Origin: Curvularia clavata | Taxonomy: Eukaryota | DNA length: 64,000 nucleotides | Assembly: GCA_023920165.1 (NCBI GenBank) | Contig: CP089274.1 | Coordinates: 1,674,001-1,738,000 of the forward strand | Reading direction: 5' to 3' | Shown: one piece after another, positions 12,120 through 24,522 of the stretch | Position numbering within the stretch: the stretch's first letter is position 1 | How the letters are laid out: every line of letters starts with the position of its first letter | Translations under genes and position numbers: made by a program | Notes under the pieces: model-generated | Told to the model about the DNA's origin: nothing | Databases searched by the model: none | Seen by the model: only the letters and a program-made list of their open reading frames with translations

Positions 12120-14123
12120 TTATGCCACAGTGGCCTGGCCTGACTGGTTAGAAGCGGTAGCCAGAGGCTGCTTAATGGCAATCGTTTGTGCAAGAGACTC
12201 TCGCGCTGCCTTTTCCTGTTCCATAGCGGCCCGATCAGCCTTGGTAACGCGAGGTTTACGGACCGTGGAGCCACCGCGAGAGCCCGGACCTCCACCACGG
12301 CCACGACCACGACCCGATGCCTCTCCTCGTACTGTGCCGCCACGTCCACGGCCCCGTCCGCGCCTGACGGTACCGTCAGCCCTGCGCAATGTTAGCCTAT
12401 ATTGGTGCAATGAAGCACTAGTCACGTACCTTTCTACGGGCTGCTTTTCTTCGGTGACAAGTGGTCCACTGTAGACGAAGAAGCCATCCTTAGCCATGAG
12501 TGCTTGCTGCTCCCAGGCCAACTCGGTGTCGTCGATGAAATCATCTTCTTTGTCATAATCCTCTTGCTTCCTCTTTCTGCGCTTCTTGCCTCCGTTCTCC
12601 TTGGCTGATGTCTCGTCATCCATACCACCCATCTCAACGTTGCTCTCGTTCTCAGATAGGTCCACAGACAAGTCGTCGTTTGAAGCCCCACCCGCAGCTC
12701 TCTCCAGGGCGGCGCCAGCGGCTGTGATCTGACGTTGACGCTCTTTGCGGGCAGCGATGCGGGGGTGAAGAGCAGCGAAACCATATTTTTTTTCAACCTC
12801 TTGTGCGACATTGATGGTCACATTGTCGCGTCCCTTGAGATCGAAGTGAAGATAGATATTGGTGCCTTGCGTCTCGGATGTGCCGTTGGCATTGGCAACT
12901 GGACCAAACGGCGTTCCCGATAACAGCCCACTCCCCGTAGGCAACGGTGGTGGGGCCTCTTTTTGGCGTGCACCCTTGGTGGGTGGCGTGGGGGCATTCG
13001 AATGCGAGGGGGTGCCTGAGTTTGCTGAGTTTGACTTTGTCATGGGAACGGATGCAGGCTTGCTAGGTTCTGAGTCAATATCCATAGGAGTTGGTCCAGA
13101 CGGTGCGGCGAGGTGTGTCTGTGGTTGGACCGAAAGTGGAGCCTGTTCTGGTTGCTGTTGCTGTGGTTGGGACTGGGGTTGGGGTTGGGGTTGGGGTTGG
13201 GCCTGAGGCTGAGGTTGAGATTGAGGTGGGTATTCATGGGATGAAAGCACTGATGCTGGCCGCGTGGAGAAAGCGGCAGGCGAGACTGGGGCCGAGGTGA
13301 TGGATGTCTGCTGCGGAAGCTTGACGGTATGAGAGTAGAAGGAGTTGCTGGCAGACGGCGGATCAATCAAGCTGGTGATGGAAGGGGAAGCACTCGCACG
13401 GTGGTTGAGTCGTGGTGAGACAGGTGGAGGTACGCTTGCAATGGGCTGGGGTTTGGATTCAAAAATGCCACCCCGGATTGGATCATAACGTTGGCCTGAA
13501 CTCGATGGCCGTGGTGTTGTAGGTGCAGCGCTGATGTGGGAAAGGTTTGGATTGCTGTGGAGCGTGGGCTCTGTGTTGTTCATGACACGAGGAGGTTGCG
13601 TGACGGTGGGGGTTTGATCTGTTTGCAAAACGGGTGCCGGTTCATTAGGTCGGTTCTGAGGGGTAGGCGACTGCTGAACCGGGGGTTTCTCATCCACAAC
13701 CTGGGGTGCTGGCGGTGCTGGAGGTGCTGGCTGTGGCTGTGGTTGAGGTGGAGGTAGAGGTTGTGCCTGCGGCTGGGGCTGGGATTGAGCCTCGAGCGAT
13801 GCCTTGGTCCGTCTCTTGCGTTGGACGGGAGCGACATTTGGATCCTTGGGCTCGCTCTTGCGAGGCTTTCTCGTCTTCTTCTCGGGCTCTGGTGCGGCTG
13901 GGTCTTTTGCCTTTGGCTTAGGGCCTGGCTTCTTTCGTGGTTGGCCGCTGGCGGTCAAGCCTCGCGCATGTGTGGCAGGCGACGCGTTTGCAGGGGTGGG
14001 CGTGCTAGTCCCGACACCAACACCACCTGCAGCAGCGCGAACCGTCGACGTCGGCGTGCCCTGCTCGGGCGAGTGTGGGGGCGAGCTCAGACTGCCGGGC
14101 GAAGACGCATCGCCTACGTCCAT
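12120..14123 (-). CDS. HPC2: HIR histone chaperone complex subunit Hpc2/ubinuclein-like
   Basis: HUN/HPC2 motif YDKEDDFIDDTELAWE...DGFFVYSGPL, P/Q-rich N-terminus and RG-rich tail. 48-nt intron ~12382-12429. Confidence 0.85.
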   Translation of the reverse strand: MDVGDASSPGSLSSPPHSPEQGTPTSTVRAAAGGVGVGTSTPTPANASPATHARGLTASGQPRKKPGPKPKAKDPAAPEPEKKTRKPRKSEPKDPNVAPVQRKRRTKASLEAQSQPQPQAQPLPPPQPQPQPAPPAPPAPQVVDEKPPVQQSPTPQNRPNEPAPVLQTDQTPTVTQPPRVMNNTEPTLHSNPNLSHISAAPTTPRPSSSGQRYDPIRGGIFESKPQPIASVPPPVSPRLNHRASASPSITSLIDPPSASNSFYSHTVKLPQQTSITSAPVSPAAFSTRPASVLSSHEYPPQSQPQPQAQPQPQPQPQSQPQQQQPEQAPLSVQPQTHLAAPSGPTPMDIDSEPSKPASVPMTKSNSANSGTPSHSNAPTPPTKGARQKEAPPPLPTGSGLLSGTPFGPVANANGTSETQGTNIYLHFDLKGRDNVTINVAQEVEKKYGFAALHPRIAARKERQRQITAAGAALERAAGGASNDDLSVDLSENESNVEMGGMDDETSAKENGGKKRRKRKQEDYDKEDDFIDDTELAWEQQALMAKDGFFVYSGPLVTEEKQPVERYVTSASLHQYRLTLRRADGTVRRGRGRGRGGTVRGEASGRGRGRGGGPGSRGGSTVRKPRVTKADRAAMEQEKAARESLAQTIAIKQPLATASNQSGQATVA

Positions 14124-15540
14124 AGCGCAGAATACGAGACGAGTGCAGCGCACGAAGTGGGACGGAGGAAAGAAAGAAGAGACAAAGGAAAGAAGGACTC
14201 AGAGAAGGCAAAGAGAGGGATGAGAAAGAGAAGAAGAAAAGAAAAAAAAGTAACCGGAAGGTTCTTTGCTGGGTAGGTGGGCGGGTACAGCAAGCTGGCA
14301 ATCGAGTTTGCAGGACAGAGGCGAGGAGCGAGGTGGATAAGTTGGGCAGACTCAACACCAAAAATGGGCGTGGGCGGAGTCAATGCAACGGTTTGCGAGA
14401 ACACCAAAGATGGTGTGGAGGCGAGGGTGGAGCCGGGGCAGAGGCTAAAAGAGGGCGGATGCACAGAAGAGAACACCAGGATTGGATTGCTAGCACGCGT
14501 TTGATGACGGGGACGGGCGGGCGAGCGGGAGAGATGGAATGGCGGGAACAAAGGCAGGCGGATGGACAGGGGAAAAGAAGAGGAGAAAGAAAAAGAGAGG
14601 CGGCGACGAGAAAAGACGAAGGACGACTTGTCGGGGGAGGGGGGAGCTCAAGTAGCCATCAGAGGCATTTGGGACAGCAGCGGGCCAAAGCTTGGGGTTA
14701 CGACGAGCCCTAGAAGAGAAAAACAGTTTACGCCAGAGAGGACCTCTTGAACCCCCGGCCTGGCAATGCTGCCGGCTGCTGTAGGCCGTATCAAACATGA
14801 CATGACGGCCGCCGCCGCCACACATGGCACACGTTAGGGAAGCACGCGGGCACGCCTGGCCATGGCACAGCAGAGAGGGCGCCGTCTTGCCATGCCATGC
14901 CATGTATCAAATCAATGGCCGTCTTGGTCGTGGTCGACACGACTGCATGTCGACATATCATGTGTGTGTACTGGCACCATGATACTACCAATATAGACGG
15001 ATGCGACGCACGCTGAGCTGAGGCGCATTAGCCGCGCATGCACGGCTGCAAGCCAAAGCACCGTGCAGCCACCAGTAGCACGCACAGGCACGCATCCATG
15101 TACGTCGTCTACATACTACTATACCATACTGTACGTCCGTCTCTCTGCCCGTACTCAAGACCAGTCGTTGCATGCTGGCCGCGCTTCGCCCTCGCCTGCA
15201 TCTTCTCATCGGGCCCGTGCGCCCCCGATCGCCTACAGGGGTCCCTGATTCGCCACCCACGCCCGCCCGCGTTACACATCCAGGAACCAGCCCACTTCAC
15301 ACGCACACACGTACACGATTCCAAACAAGCATGCTTTTGCCAAATTTACTACCAGCTCGAGAAGTATGCCCACAGCCATCAAACCTGGGTTGATGTGACG
15401 CGTAAACTCATAGCCCTTTTGCAGCCCTGCAAACCAGGGCCTCGCAGAACAAAACTCCAAAAACACCCACACAATCAAAACGCCCACACCAGACATGCCA
15501 GTACCAGTACACCCCTCATTGCACTCTACCTTGACCACGC

Positions 15541-17378
15541 TCATGCCTTGCTCTTCTTCTTCTTCTTCTTCTTCTCTCCCTCCTCCTCCTCGCCGTGTTT
15601 CCGCTTCTTGTCCTTCTTGCTCTTCTTGTCCGCTCCCTCGTCGTCGTCTGCCTTCTTGGCCTTCTTCTCCTTCTTGTCCTTCTTGTCCTTCTTCTCCTTG
15701 CGCACCGCCTGCTCGGTAGCCGCCGCAGTCACACCATCAGCCATCTCCACGTCTTCCGTGGCAGTCGCCGTGGGATCCTCAATGCCAATGTCCGTCATGA
15801 CCGCGTTCATGGCTGCCTGCATCACGGCTGCATTCTTCGAAGGCGGAGCACCACTGGCGTAGAACTCAATCCGCTCGTCAACCTGGCGCTTCAACGCTTC
15901 ACCAAACTTGGAAGTAGGCGTGTCGGAAAAGTTGTCGATCCTCGACGCAATCGAGCACTTGTTGGCAAGGAAGCGAGAGATTCTTCCCTTGGACTTTTGT
16001 CCCGTGCGCCCAATAAAGGAACTGTGGTAGATCAGTCCGTACTTGGGAGTCTGCCCACACGTTAGCACCCCTCTCCAAAATGTACACAACCGCCACCTAC
16101 GTTTCCCTTGGTCTTCAGTGCGCGGAAAAGGGCCTTTTCAGCACCCAGAATCTGAACAGTACTCGCAGGATACTTGGAGAGATTCGTCAAAGAACCGGCC
16201 TTGGAAATCAGCCTGGCGCCCACCGTGTCACCAATCAGCGCAGCCAGGTTGGGAGCCACCTGGCTCATGCGGCTTCCGAGGTAGTTGCTAAGCTGCTTGC
16301 GATACGCAGCAAGAGAAGCTGTTCGCTTGGCAAACGCCCTAATGCCATGTCAGCGAGTCATCTCTACACATAGACCATGTGTCCCTCACATTACAATTTC
16401 CATGTCCGCCTCGGAAAGATCCCCTGGCAGCCGGGTTAGTTTGAACTGCGCCTTATAGATACATCAATACTGGCTTCCACTTACTGCCCATGGACGTGCG
16501 GGCAGCCTTGATGATAGCTTGCGCAACACCCTCATCGTCATCTACCACTGCGGCAAGGTCATGTAGGTCGTCATCGCTCAGTCTCGACTTGTCGCCAATC
16601 TGCAAAACAACCTTTGCATACTGCTCGTTGCTGTTGACAATCTTTGCAAGCTCGGGGAAGTGCCAACCTGCCCACAGCGTCAGTACATGGCTACCATTTC
16701 ATCCAAGATACAAGGAGTATTCACCATAGTTTTCGCGCAAGCGCATGCAGAAGGTGTTGAGGTCCTTGTCGATCTGATCAAGTGTCGCAATCGCTTGGAT
16801 AATGTGGTTGTCCTGCTTCTGGACGCTGAACTTGACCTTTGATCTCGAGTAGGCGTGTCCCAGACCCAGAATCGAGCGGTCAATGTCGCCGGGTTGCAAT
16901 TTCTTCCATGAATTAGCATAAAAGTTGTCCTGAGCAGCGGCGACCTTGTGCATACCTTGATCAGTTTGCCGCTGTGCTGGCGCAGACCACGAAGAAGATC
17001 AGCCACAACTTCCGAAGTGTCGCTGGTCTCGCACGAGAGGTTCGGGAAGGCAGCCTTGATGCTACCCGCCAGGTTCCTCTCGCTCACACCAAGAGTGATT
17101 GCCTTCTTCTTTCCGGCCTTGGGGAGGTTGGTTTCGAGAGTGGCTCTCAGGAAGTCAGACATGATGCCTTCCGAGACATCATTGATTTCGGCGAGAGCAT
17201 CCTGGGTACCCTGAAAGGGCGCAAGACCAACAAGCTCAACAGTCTTTCCAAACTTGTCGAGATCTTGCACAGCCTTTTGCACTTCTTGCAGACGGCTGCC
17301 GATTGTGTCTGGCTGGATCAAAACCTTGAAGACGGCATAGCCGACGGGGCTTTCGTGGAGGAGGTAGTCTACACTCAT
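15541..17378 (-). CDS. NOP56: Box C/D snoRNP protein Nop56
   Basis: [62 protein letters not shown] (Nop56-type rather than Nop58) and a KKD/E tail. Multi-exon. Confidence 0.93.
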
Positions 17379-17673
17379 GGTATTATCAACGGGATGGCGC
17401 GCAAGACGTGCGGACAGCGGGCGCGGCAAGCGGAGTCGTGGATTGGAATGCGCTGGCTATTGCGCTGTCGGGAGGTTGTCGCGGTCGAGAAAATGGAAGC
17501 TATGCGAAAAAGATTATTGCTGGGCGGCCCGAGCTCTCGCAATCTTGGCATTGCCGCCCGCTAAGAAATCTGAGGAGGGACGCGACAGGCAACGCGGAAA
17601 CAGCATTTGCCCCGCCATACTGCATTTGCTTGATTGCTACTCCCTTCGATACCCCCATAACGTCCTGCCCATC

Positions 17674-19786
17674 ATGTCGGCAGCACAGCTTCTCAATCCC
17701 AAGGCCGAATCCAGGGTTTGTGTTTTCGTTCCACCGCTGAGGACATTGCTAACAGTACACAGAGGCGCGGGGAAGCTCTCCGTGTAAACATCTCTGCCGG
17801 AGAGGGTTTGCAGCAGGTATGGCTGGAATACTCCAGAAGCAGGAGCGTCTTCTCATACAAGAAAAAATTAGGTGCTTGCTTCAAATTTGGGACCCCGCGG
17901 TACACTGAAGATGTGAGGATCAGCAAACAATCTATGAATACAAGAGACTAACATTGATTAGGCTTGTGGATGGTGCTGGAGGTGTACGTTTGATTGCACT
18001 ACTGGCCTGATGCAGACTAACGAGTCCCATAGATCAAACTCACAAAGGATGGCAGTGTTCTGTTGAAGGAGATGGTATGTGCCTGCGTCACAACGAGACT
18101 TACACCGACTAATGCCTTTACAGCAAATCCAAAATCCCACTGCCGTACGTTTTACGCTCTCTGTCCTCGATCCAAACTTAAACAAGTCAGGTTATGATTG
18201 CGCGAGCAGCAACAGCACAGGACGAGATCACAGGCGACGGCACAACCTCCGTGGTACTATTGGTGGGCGAGTTACTCAAGCAGGCTGATCGCTATATCGC
18301 CGAGGGTCTTCATCCAAGGGTGATAGCGGACGGTTATGACATCGCGAAGACTGAGGCACTAAAGGTATCACGAGCTCAGTGCTCATGGGGAAGACTAGCT
18401 GACAGGATATAGTTCCTCGATGAGTTCAAGCTTACAAAGGAAGTCGACCGTGAACTCCTGTTATCCGTTGCCCGAACATCGCTGTCAACGAAGATCAACA
18501 GCTCGCTCGCCGAACAACTGACTCCCGATATTGTTGACGCAGTCCTTGCAATCTACCAAGCGCCTGCGAAGCCTGACCTGCACATGGTTGAGATTATGAC
18601 TATGCAACACCGCACGGCTGCCGACACTCAGCTCATTCGAGGACTTGCACTAGACCATGGCGCAAGGCATCCAGATATGGCCAAGAGAGTAGAGAATGCG
18701 TACATTTTGACGCTGAACGTCAGCTTGGAATACGAAAAGTCCGAGATCAACTCTGGTTTCTACTACTCAAGTGCAGAGCAGCGAGAGAAGCTTGTCGAGA
18801 GCGAGCGTCGGTTCGTTGACGAGAAACTCAGGAAAATTGTTGAACTCAAAAAGGAGGTTTGCGGTAACGATCCCAGCAAAGGCTTCGTAATAATAAACCA
18901 AAAGGGCATTGACCCGCTTAGTCTGGACGTGCTTGTCAAGAACGGCATTTTTGCGTTGAGGAGAGCGAAGAGGAGGAACATGGAACGTTTGCAGCTGGTC
19001 TGCGGTGGTACGGCGCAGAACAGTGTCGACGACCTAACACCAGATGTCCTTGGTTGGGCAGGCACTGTCTATGAACACCAGCTAGGCGAGGAGAAGTACA
19101 CTTTCATCGTGAGTCATAGAACGTGTGCTAAGGTAACGCATATACTTACAGCGTGCAGGAAGATGTCAAGGAGCCAAAGTCCGTCACACTATTGATCAAG
19201 GGACCAAATTCGCACACTATTGCTCAGATCAAGGACGCTGTCCGCGATGGGTTGAGGAGTGTGTACAATATGATTGTCGACGGAAGCGTTGTTCCAGGAG
19301 GAGGAGCCTTCCAGGTTGCATGCGCAGCTCACCTAGAGAGTGAGCAGTTCAAGAAGACGGTCAAGGGCAAAGCAAAATGGGGTGTTTCGGCTTTTGCTGA
19401 TGCGCTGCTCGTCATTCCCAAGACTCTGGCAGCCAATTCTGGCCATGACATTCAAGATTCCTGTAAGCTTCTTGGTTCTATATTTTCCGTTTCGTACTCA
19501 CCAGATAATAGTGGCCGCGCTGCAGGACGAGCATGCCGAAGGCAACATTGTAGGCCTGAATCTTGCAACGGGCGAACCCATGGACCCCACTCAAGAGGGT
19601 GTTTATGACTCATTCCGAGTGCTACGCAACAGCATAGCGTCTGCAACTGGCATCGCCTCCAACTTGTTGCTGTGTGATGAGATGCTCAAAGCACGACAGA
19701 TGGTAAGATGAGGAACATGTATTGTTGACTATTCTATGCTAACTCATGAATAGGGACGACAGCCAGGCCCTGGTGACGACCAATGA
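17674..19786 (+). CDS. CCT6: Chaperonin CCT/TRiC subunit zeta
   Basis: [13 protein letters not shown] start, [32 protein letters not shown]. About 10 introns, including 21-22 nt microexons (17962-17983, 18124-18144). Confidence 0.95.
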
Positions 19787-20596
19787 TCGACTCGTACACA
19801 TCGGCCCCAGACAGGTTACCGTACCTCTAACGCCGAACGCGCGTAGTCACCCACTCGTGTGACCTGTCGCGAGTCGAGAAGCGCTGCGTGGAAAAGACTT
19901 TAGTTTCAACCGACCAGAGTTATAGGCAAGTAGCTACACGTTGACTCGGTGTAGATAGATTCTCAAAAAAAGACGTGCGAATAAAAGCGTCTGCCTCAGG
20001 CAGCCTTTCTATGTGATTAATGGCTCCACTGCTGACTGCGCAGCCCGGAGGTGGATGTGTGAGAAGTGCATGTATCCAAATTCAGCTAGACACATTTAAG
20101 CTTAAAGTTAGTGCTCGGCTAGAACGGAGCCTGGGCAGCTGGCCGTGGTGTGGGGAATGTTGCCGTGCAGGCCGTGGGAAGCAGTCCACGGGAAACAGTC
20201 CTTGCGGACGCAAGATCAAAAATGAAATGCCATTGAGATGCATACTGCCTGCACTGGGAGTGCGTGTCTACTCGTCTGACCATTCTCCGGTAGCTGGTCG
20301 AGTCCCTTGCAAAAAGCAGTCCCACATCTGAGCGATCGCCAGGGAGAGCGTATGATTAGCTTCCCCGACAAAGGCCAAGCCGGTTAGACACGAGACGACA
20401 ACTCTGCTACTGTGCAAGGCTTTCTCGTCCAAACCGCCCTGCTTACTTGTTTCTTTTGCTCTAGTACGCACAAATGGCAGAAGAAACATAGCGATCTCTT
20501 CTATTCTTTTGCACAAACCTTTCCTTTGCGCGACGCGACACATGCGACACCTGTGTTATCGACTCTTTCCCTCTTCAACCCCCCCTTCTCTCAGCC

Positions 20597-23501
20597 ATGT
20601 TCCGATACCGACGATACCGCGCATTCCTGGTCTTTGCTGTCATTGCTGTGCTGGCGCTGTATAAGTTTAGTGATTCTAGCGCAACATGGAGGGATGCTGC
20701 GTCGAGAGCAGCAGGCCTTAAGGACAGCGTCGAGGAGGCTTTGCACAAAGACACAAACCCGCGACCAGCCGTAGCGCACGAGACAAAGAGCTTGAAATTA
20801 GATGTCCCCGCTGCCAGCACATTGCAGCCGCTCCAAACACCACCTCCAGTGAAGAAGCCGGCTTCTTCACCAGCCCCGAGTCTCGCCATTACAAAACAGC
20901 CCATCAAGCCTTCGATCCCTTCGCCACATCCGCCCCGACCATACGGTAACCCGGTTGCCATCACCGACAATGACATGGACGTATCATCCAGTGCCGAAGT
21001 GATTCATTGGACAAAGCTGCCAGAGCATTTCCCCGTACCCTCCGAATCACTTATCCGCCTCCCCTCAGGCACGCCGAAGAAAATACCCAAAATACAAGCT
21101 GTGTTCAAGCCTGAAGATGCTGCCGCCAAGCTGGACAGGAAGACCAAACTGGAAAAGATAAGAAGTGTCGCTAAGAAGTCGTGGGATGGATACAAGGCAT
21201 ATGCATGGCTTCACGATGAGCTACGGCCACAGTCCGGGACGTTCAGAGACCCGTTCGCGCAGTGGGGTGCTACTCTTGTGGATGCCCTAGACACGCTCTG
21301 GATCATGGGATTAAAGGACGAGTTCGAGGAGGCAGTCAAAGCCGTAAACAAGATCGATTTTACAACCACTGTTCGCGCAGACATCCCCTTGTTTGAGACA
21401 ACCATTCGCTATTTAGGCGGACTGCTCGCTGCCTATGACCTCAGCGACAAAAAGTACAAGAACTTGCTGGACAAGGCAGTAGAACTCGCTGAAGTGCTAA
21501 TAAGTGCTTTTGATACGCCGAACCGGATGCCACAAATGTATTATTACTGGAGACCTGACTTCGCTTCACAAAAGCACCGTGCCAGTCAGCGTGTGGTTCT
21601 GGCAGAGATTGGTTCACTCTCAATGGAATTCACCCGACTTGCCCAACTTACAGGAGAGCACAAATACTACGATGCTATTGCGCGCATCACAGATAACCTA
21701 GAGGAATTTCAAAAGAAAACCCCGCTTCCAGGCATGTGGCCAGTTTATTTGGATGCATCTGGCTGTGGCAGACGCTACCTTGATACGCCTCCTGCCCAGG
21801 AGCCTCTGAGAGCCCCAGAAGGATATCTCAATGTCGACCCTTCGGAAGACCCTCAGCTAGCTTCACCCGCGCCTTCCGAGATGCTATCTCCCGAGGGTCA
21901 CGAATACATACCCCTGAAATTGCCAGATCCCATATTGCTCACGTCTGATGGCGGTCCCAATCAAGGCAAGGAGAAGAAACCATTGGTCCCAGCAAGCTCC
22001 GGCAAAGCCTCAATTGAAGATTCTGGAAGCAATTCTGTACTAAAACGACGACAGCTTGATGTCAATCGACCAAATCCATCCAGGGAAGCCCAAGGCTCTG
22101 ATGTAATCACTTCGACCTCATCTCCCACCGCTGCTATGCCAACACCGCCAGAATGCGTACCGCAAGGCTTCGTGTCGACTGGCAGTGGACGTGATGAGTT
22201 CACGCTAGGTGGGATGTCTGATTCTACCTATGAGTATCTTTCGAAACAATACTTGCTCCTCGGCGGTCAGGTCGAAAAGTACCGAACTATGTATGAGCAG
22301 TCCATGGACGTAGTGAAGAAGCATCTGCTCTTCCGACCCATGCTCCCCAAAGAGGAAAACATTTTGTTCTCTGGAAAACTTGAAGTTCCAGCTATGGGTA
22401 GTGACAACATCGCTGGCGACTTGACGGCAGAAAATGCCCATTTGACTTGCTTTGCTGGAGGGATGTTTGGCATGGGTGCAAAAATTTTCAATCGTCCTGA
22501 GGATTTGGAGGTTGCCAAAAAGCTGACAGAGGGTTGCATCTGGAGTTACGGCATGACTGCGACCGGTATCATGCCTGAATCGTTCGAAGTGGCCCCCTGC
22601 GAGGACGTCAAAGAGTGCACCTGGAATGAAACAACCTACTGGGAGTATATCGATCCACGACACGAGTCTCGTATCCATAATTATGAGCACCAACGAGAAG
22701 TCTACAAATCACAATTGGCCTCAGCGTCTTCCTGGTATGCGGCCAAACTCGCTGCAATGACTGCACCGCCGATAGCCTCTGCAGCAACTGCCGCCGACGC
22801 AGAGGCTACGTCAACCTTGATCTACGCAGACACATTGGACAGGCGGCAACTGGCTGAGCTTGTCGACGATGCGGAAATTGCGCACATGCCATCCTCGGCT
22901 GGAATCCTTCAGCAAAATCGAGATTCAGTGATGGGAGGCGAACCTGAGGAAGGTGAAGGTCCTCCGATCAAGGTTCAATCCACGCTGGATATCCCGGAAC
23001 TTGCTCAGCAGCCAACCGCAACTCTACCAGACTTTCCCTACGTCTATTCACCAGCCCCGGTCATGAGCCACAAAGAATATGTGCAGAATCGAATCAAAGA
23101 AGACCGTTTACCAAAGGGTGTCACTAGGATTGGGGCCAGGAACTACATTCTTAGGTGAGCTTTTGCCCTCTTACACGCTTTCATTATATTAACAACGTGA
23201 CTACAGGCCAGAAGCGATTGAGTCTGTTTGGTATATGTATCGCATCACTGGCTCATCTCACTGGCGGGAAGCTGGTTGGAGAATGTTTCTTGCTATTGAC
23301 CAACACACAACCACGGAGTTTGGAAATTCTGCAATTGATGATGTGACCAAAACTGCACCAGAACTCAACGATGAGATGGAGAGCTTTTGGCTTGCCGAGA
23401 CTCTGAAATACTTTTACCTATTATTTGCGGATGAAGATGTTATAAGTTTAGACGACTGGGTATTAAATACAGAGGCACACCCTTTTAGGCGGCCTGCTTG
23501 A
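20597..23501 (+). CDS. Class I alpha-1,2-mannosidase (GH47), type II membrane protein
   Basis: N-terminal signal anchor, [29 protein letters not shown] (across intron ~23155-23207), [16 protein letters not shown] and NTEAHP. Confidence 0.93.
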
Positions 23502-24522
23502 AGATTCATATAGCACTTGGCTAAAAAGAAAAGTAGTTAAAAATAGACCTAGTATAATCGTGATATCAAGATGGTAAGATCTTTTGTCTCTAACTGTCTA
23601 CTGATCTTCATTTTTTTTCAATGTACTCTACAGCTTTGTAAACTATACGGCTTTGTGAGCTATATTTATAAAACCTTCATAAAAACAATTATTATATTTC
23701 ATGTTTTAGTGGTCTGTGGATGTATTTATTCTTGAAAGAGAAAACCCGCTACCTTGGACCCGGCCATACGTTTCGCTGTCGATATTCTATCTTAGTCTCG
23801 ATATTGGACACGTTCGCAGTAATATTCCGCCATTTGCTACCCTTCTCAGGCTCCTGCTATACTATCCTTGGCAGCTCTCATTGTTACTAGGGCCCAAAAG
23901 CTTTGCTCGTCCTTACTAATGATTCCATTTTGATTTAACAGCACGGATGCATTCATGTGCCTGATGGAATATGTAAGATTCTTCTCAACGGCCGGGCTCG
24001 CTGTCGCTGACACACCAGGTAATAGCATACACCCAATCATGCCCGCTATCTAAAAGATGATACGATATTGGCCAATATAATCTCGAACTGGGCTAAGATT
24101 GTTTTGTAGTTATTAGGCCTGCAGAAGTAGTAGAGAATTCAAACAGCAAAACCAACTTTATATTCAACGAGCTTGCAAAAGCTGGTCTATCGGTCACGAA
24201 TGCTAGCTGCTCTCTGCCAGCAGACTACGGGCGCATCTAATTCGTCGGCTCTGGCAGATTCGGTTGCGTGCCCACATGGTAGCCTAATGCCACCCAACAT
24301 AGCCTTGTAAGGTGGGGCTAAGTTCGATACTGTCCGCTGCGCAATGTCATGCGCACGACCTACAATTGACTCCAAGATTGTCTGCATCTCCCGTGCACGC
24401 TTGAATGTATCGAGTCACCAACCTCGAACGCCCTACAGCCATCTGTCCATTTACACGACCCCTGCCTGTTAAAGGCCCTTCTACACACTGTTTGCAACTC
24501 GCGCAAGGCACTACTAGCCACC

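Noticed and set aside
13160..13225. (TGGGGT)n repeat resembling a telomere or G-quadruplex
   Set aside because: It encodes the QPQPQP tract of Hpc2 on the minus strand.
15038..15862. 274-aa plus-strand ORF with a hydrophobic poly-F stretch
   Set aside because: Antisense shadow of the Lys/Glu-rich NOP56 tail.
15541..17378. Possible intronic snoRNAs in NOP56
   Set aside because: Introns are only ~45-60 nt, and I saw no convincing C/D box pairs.
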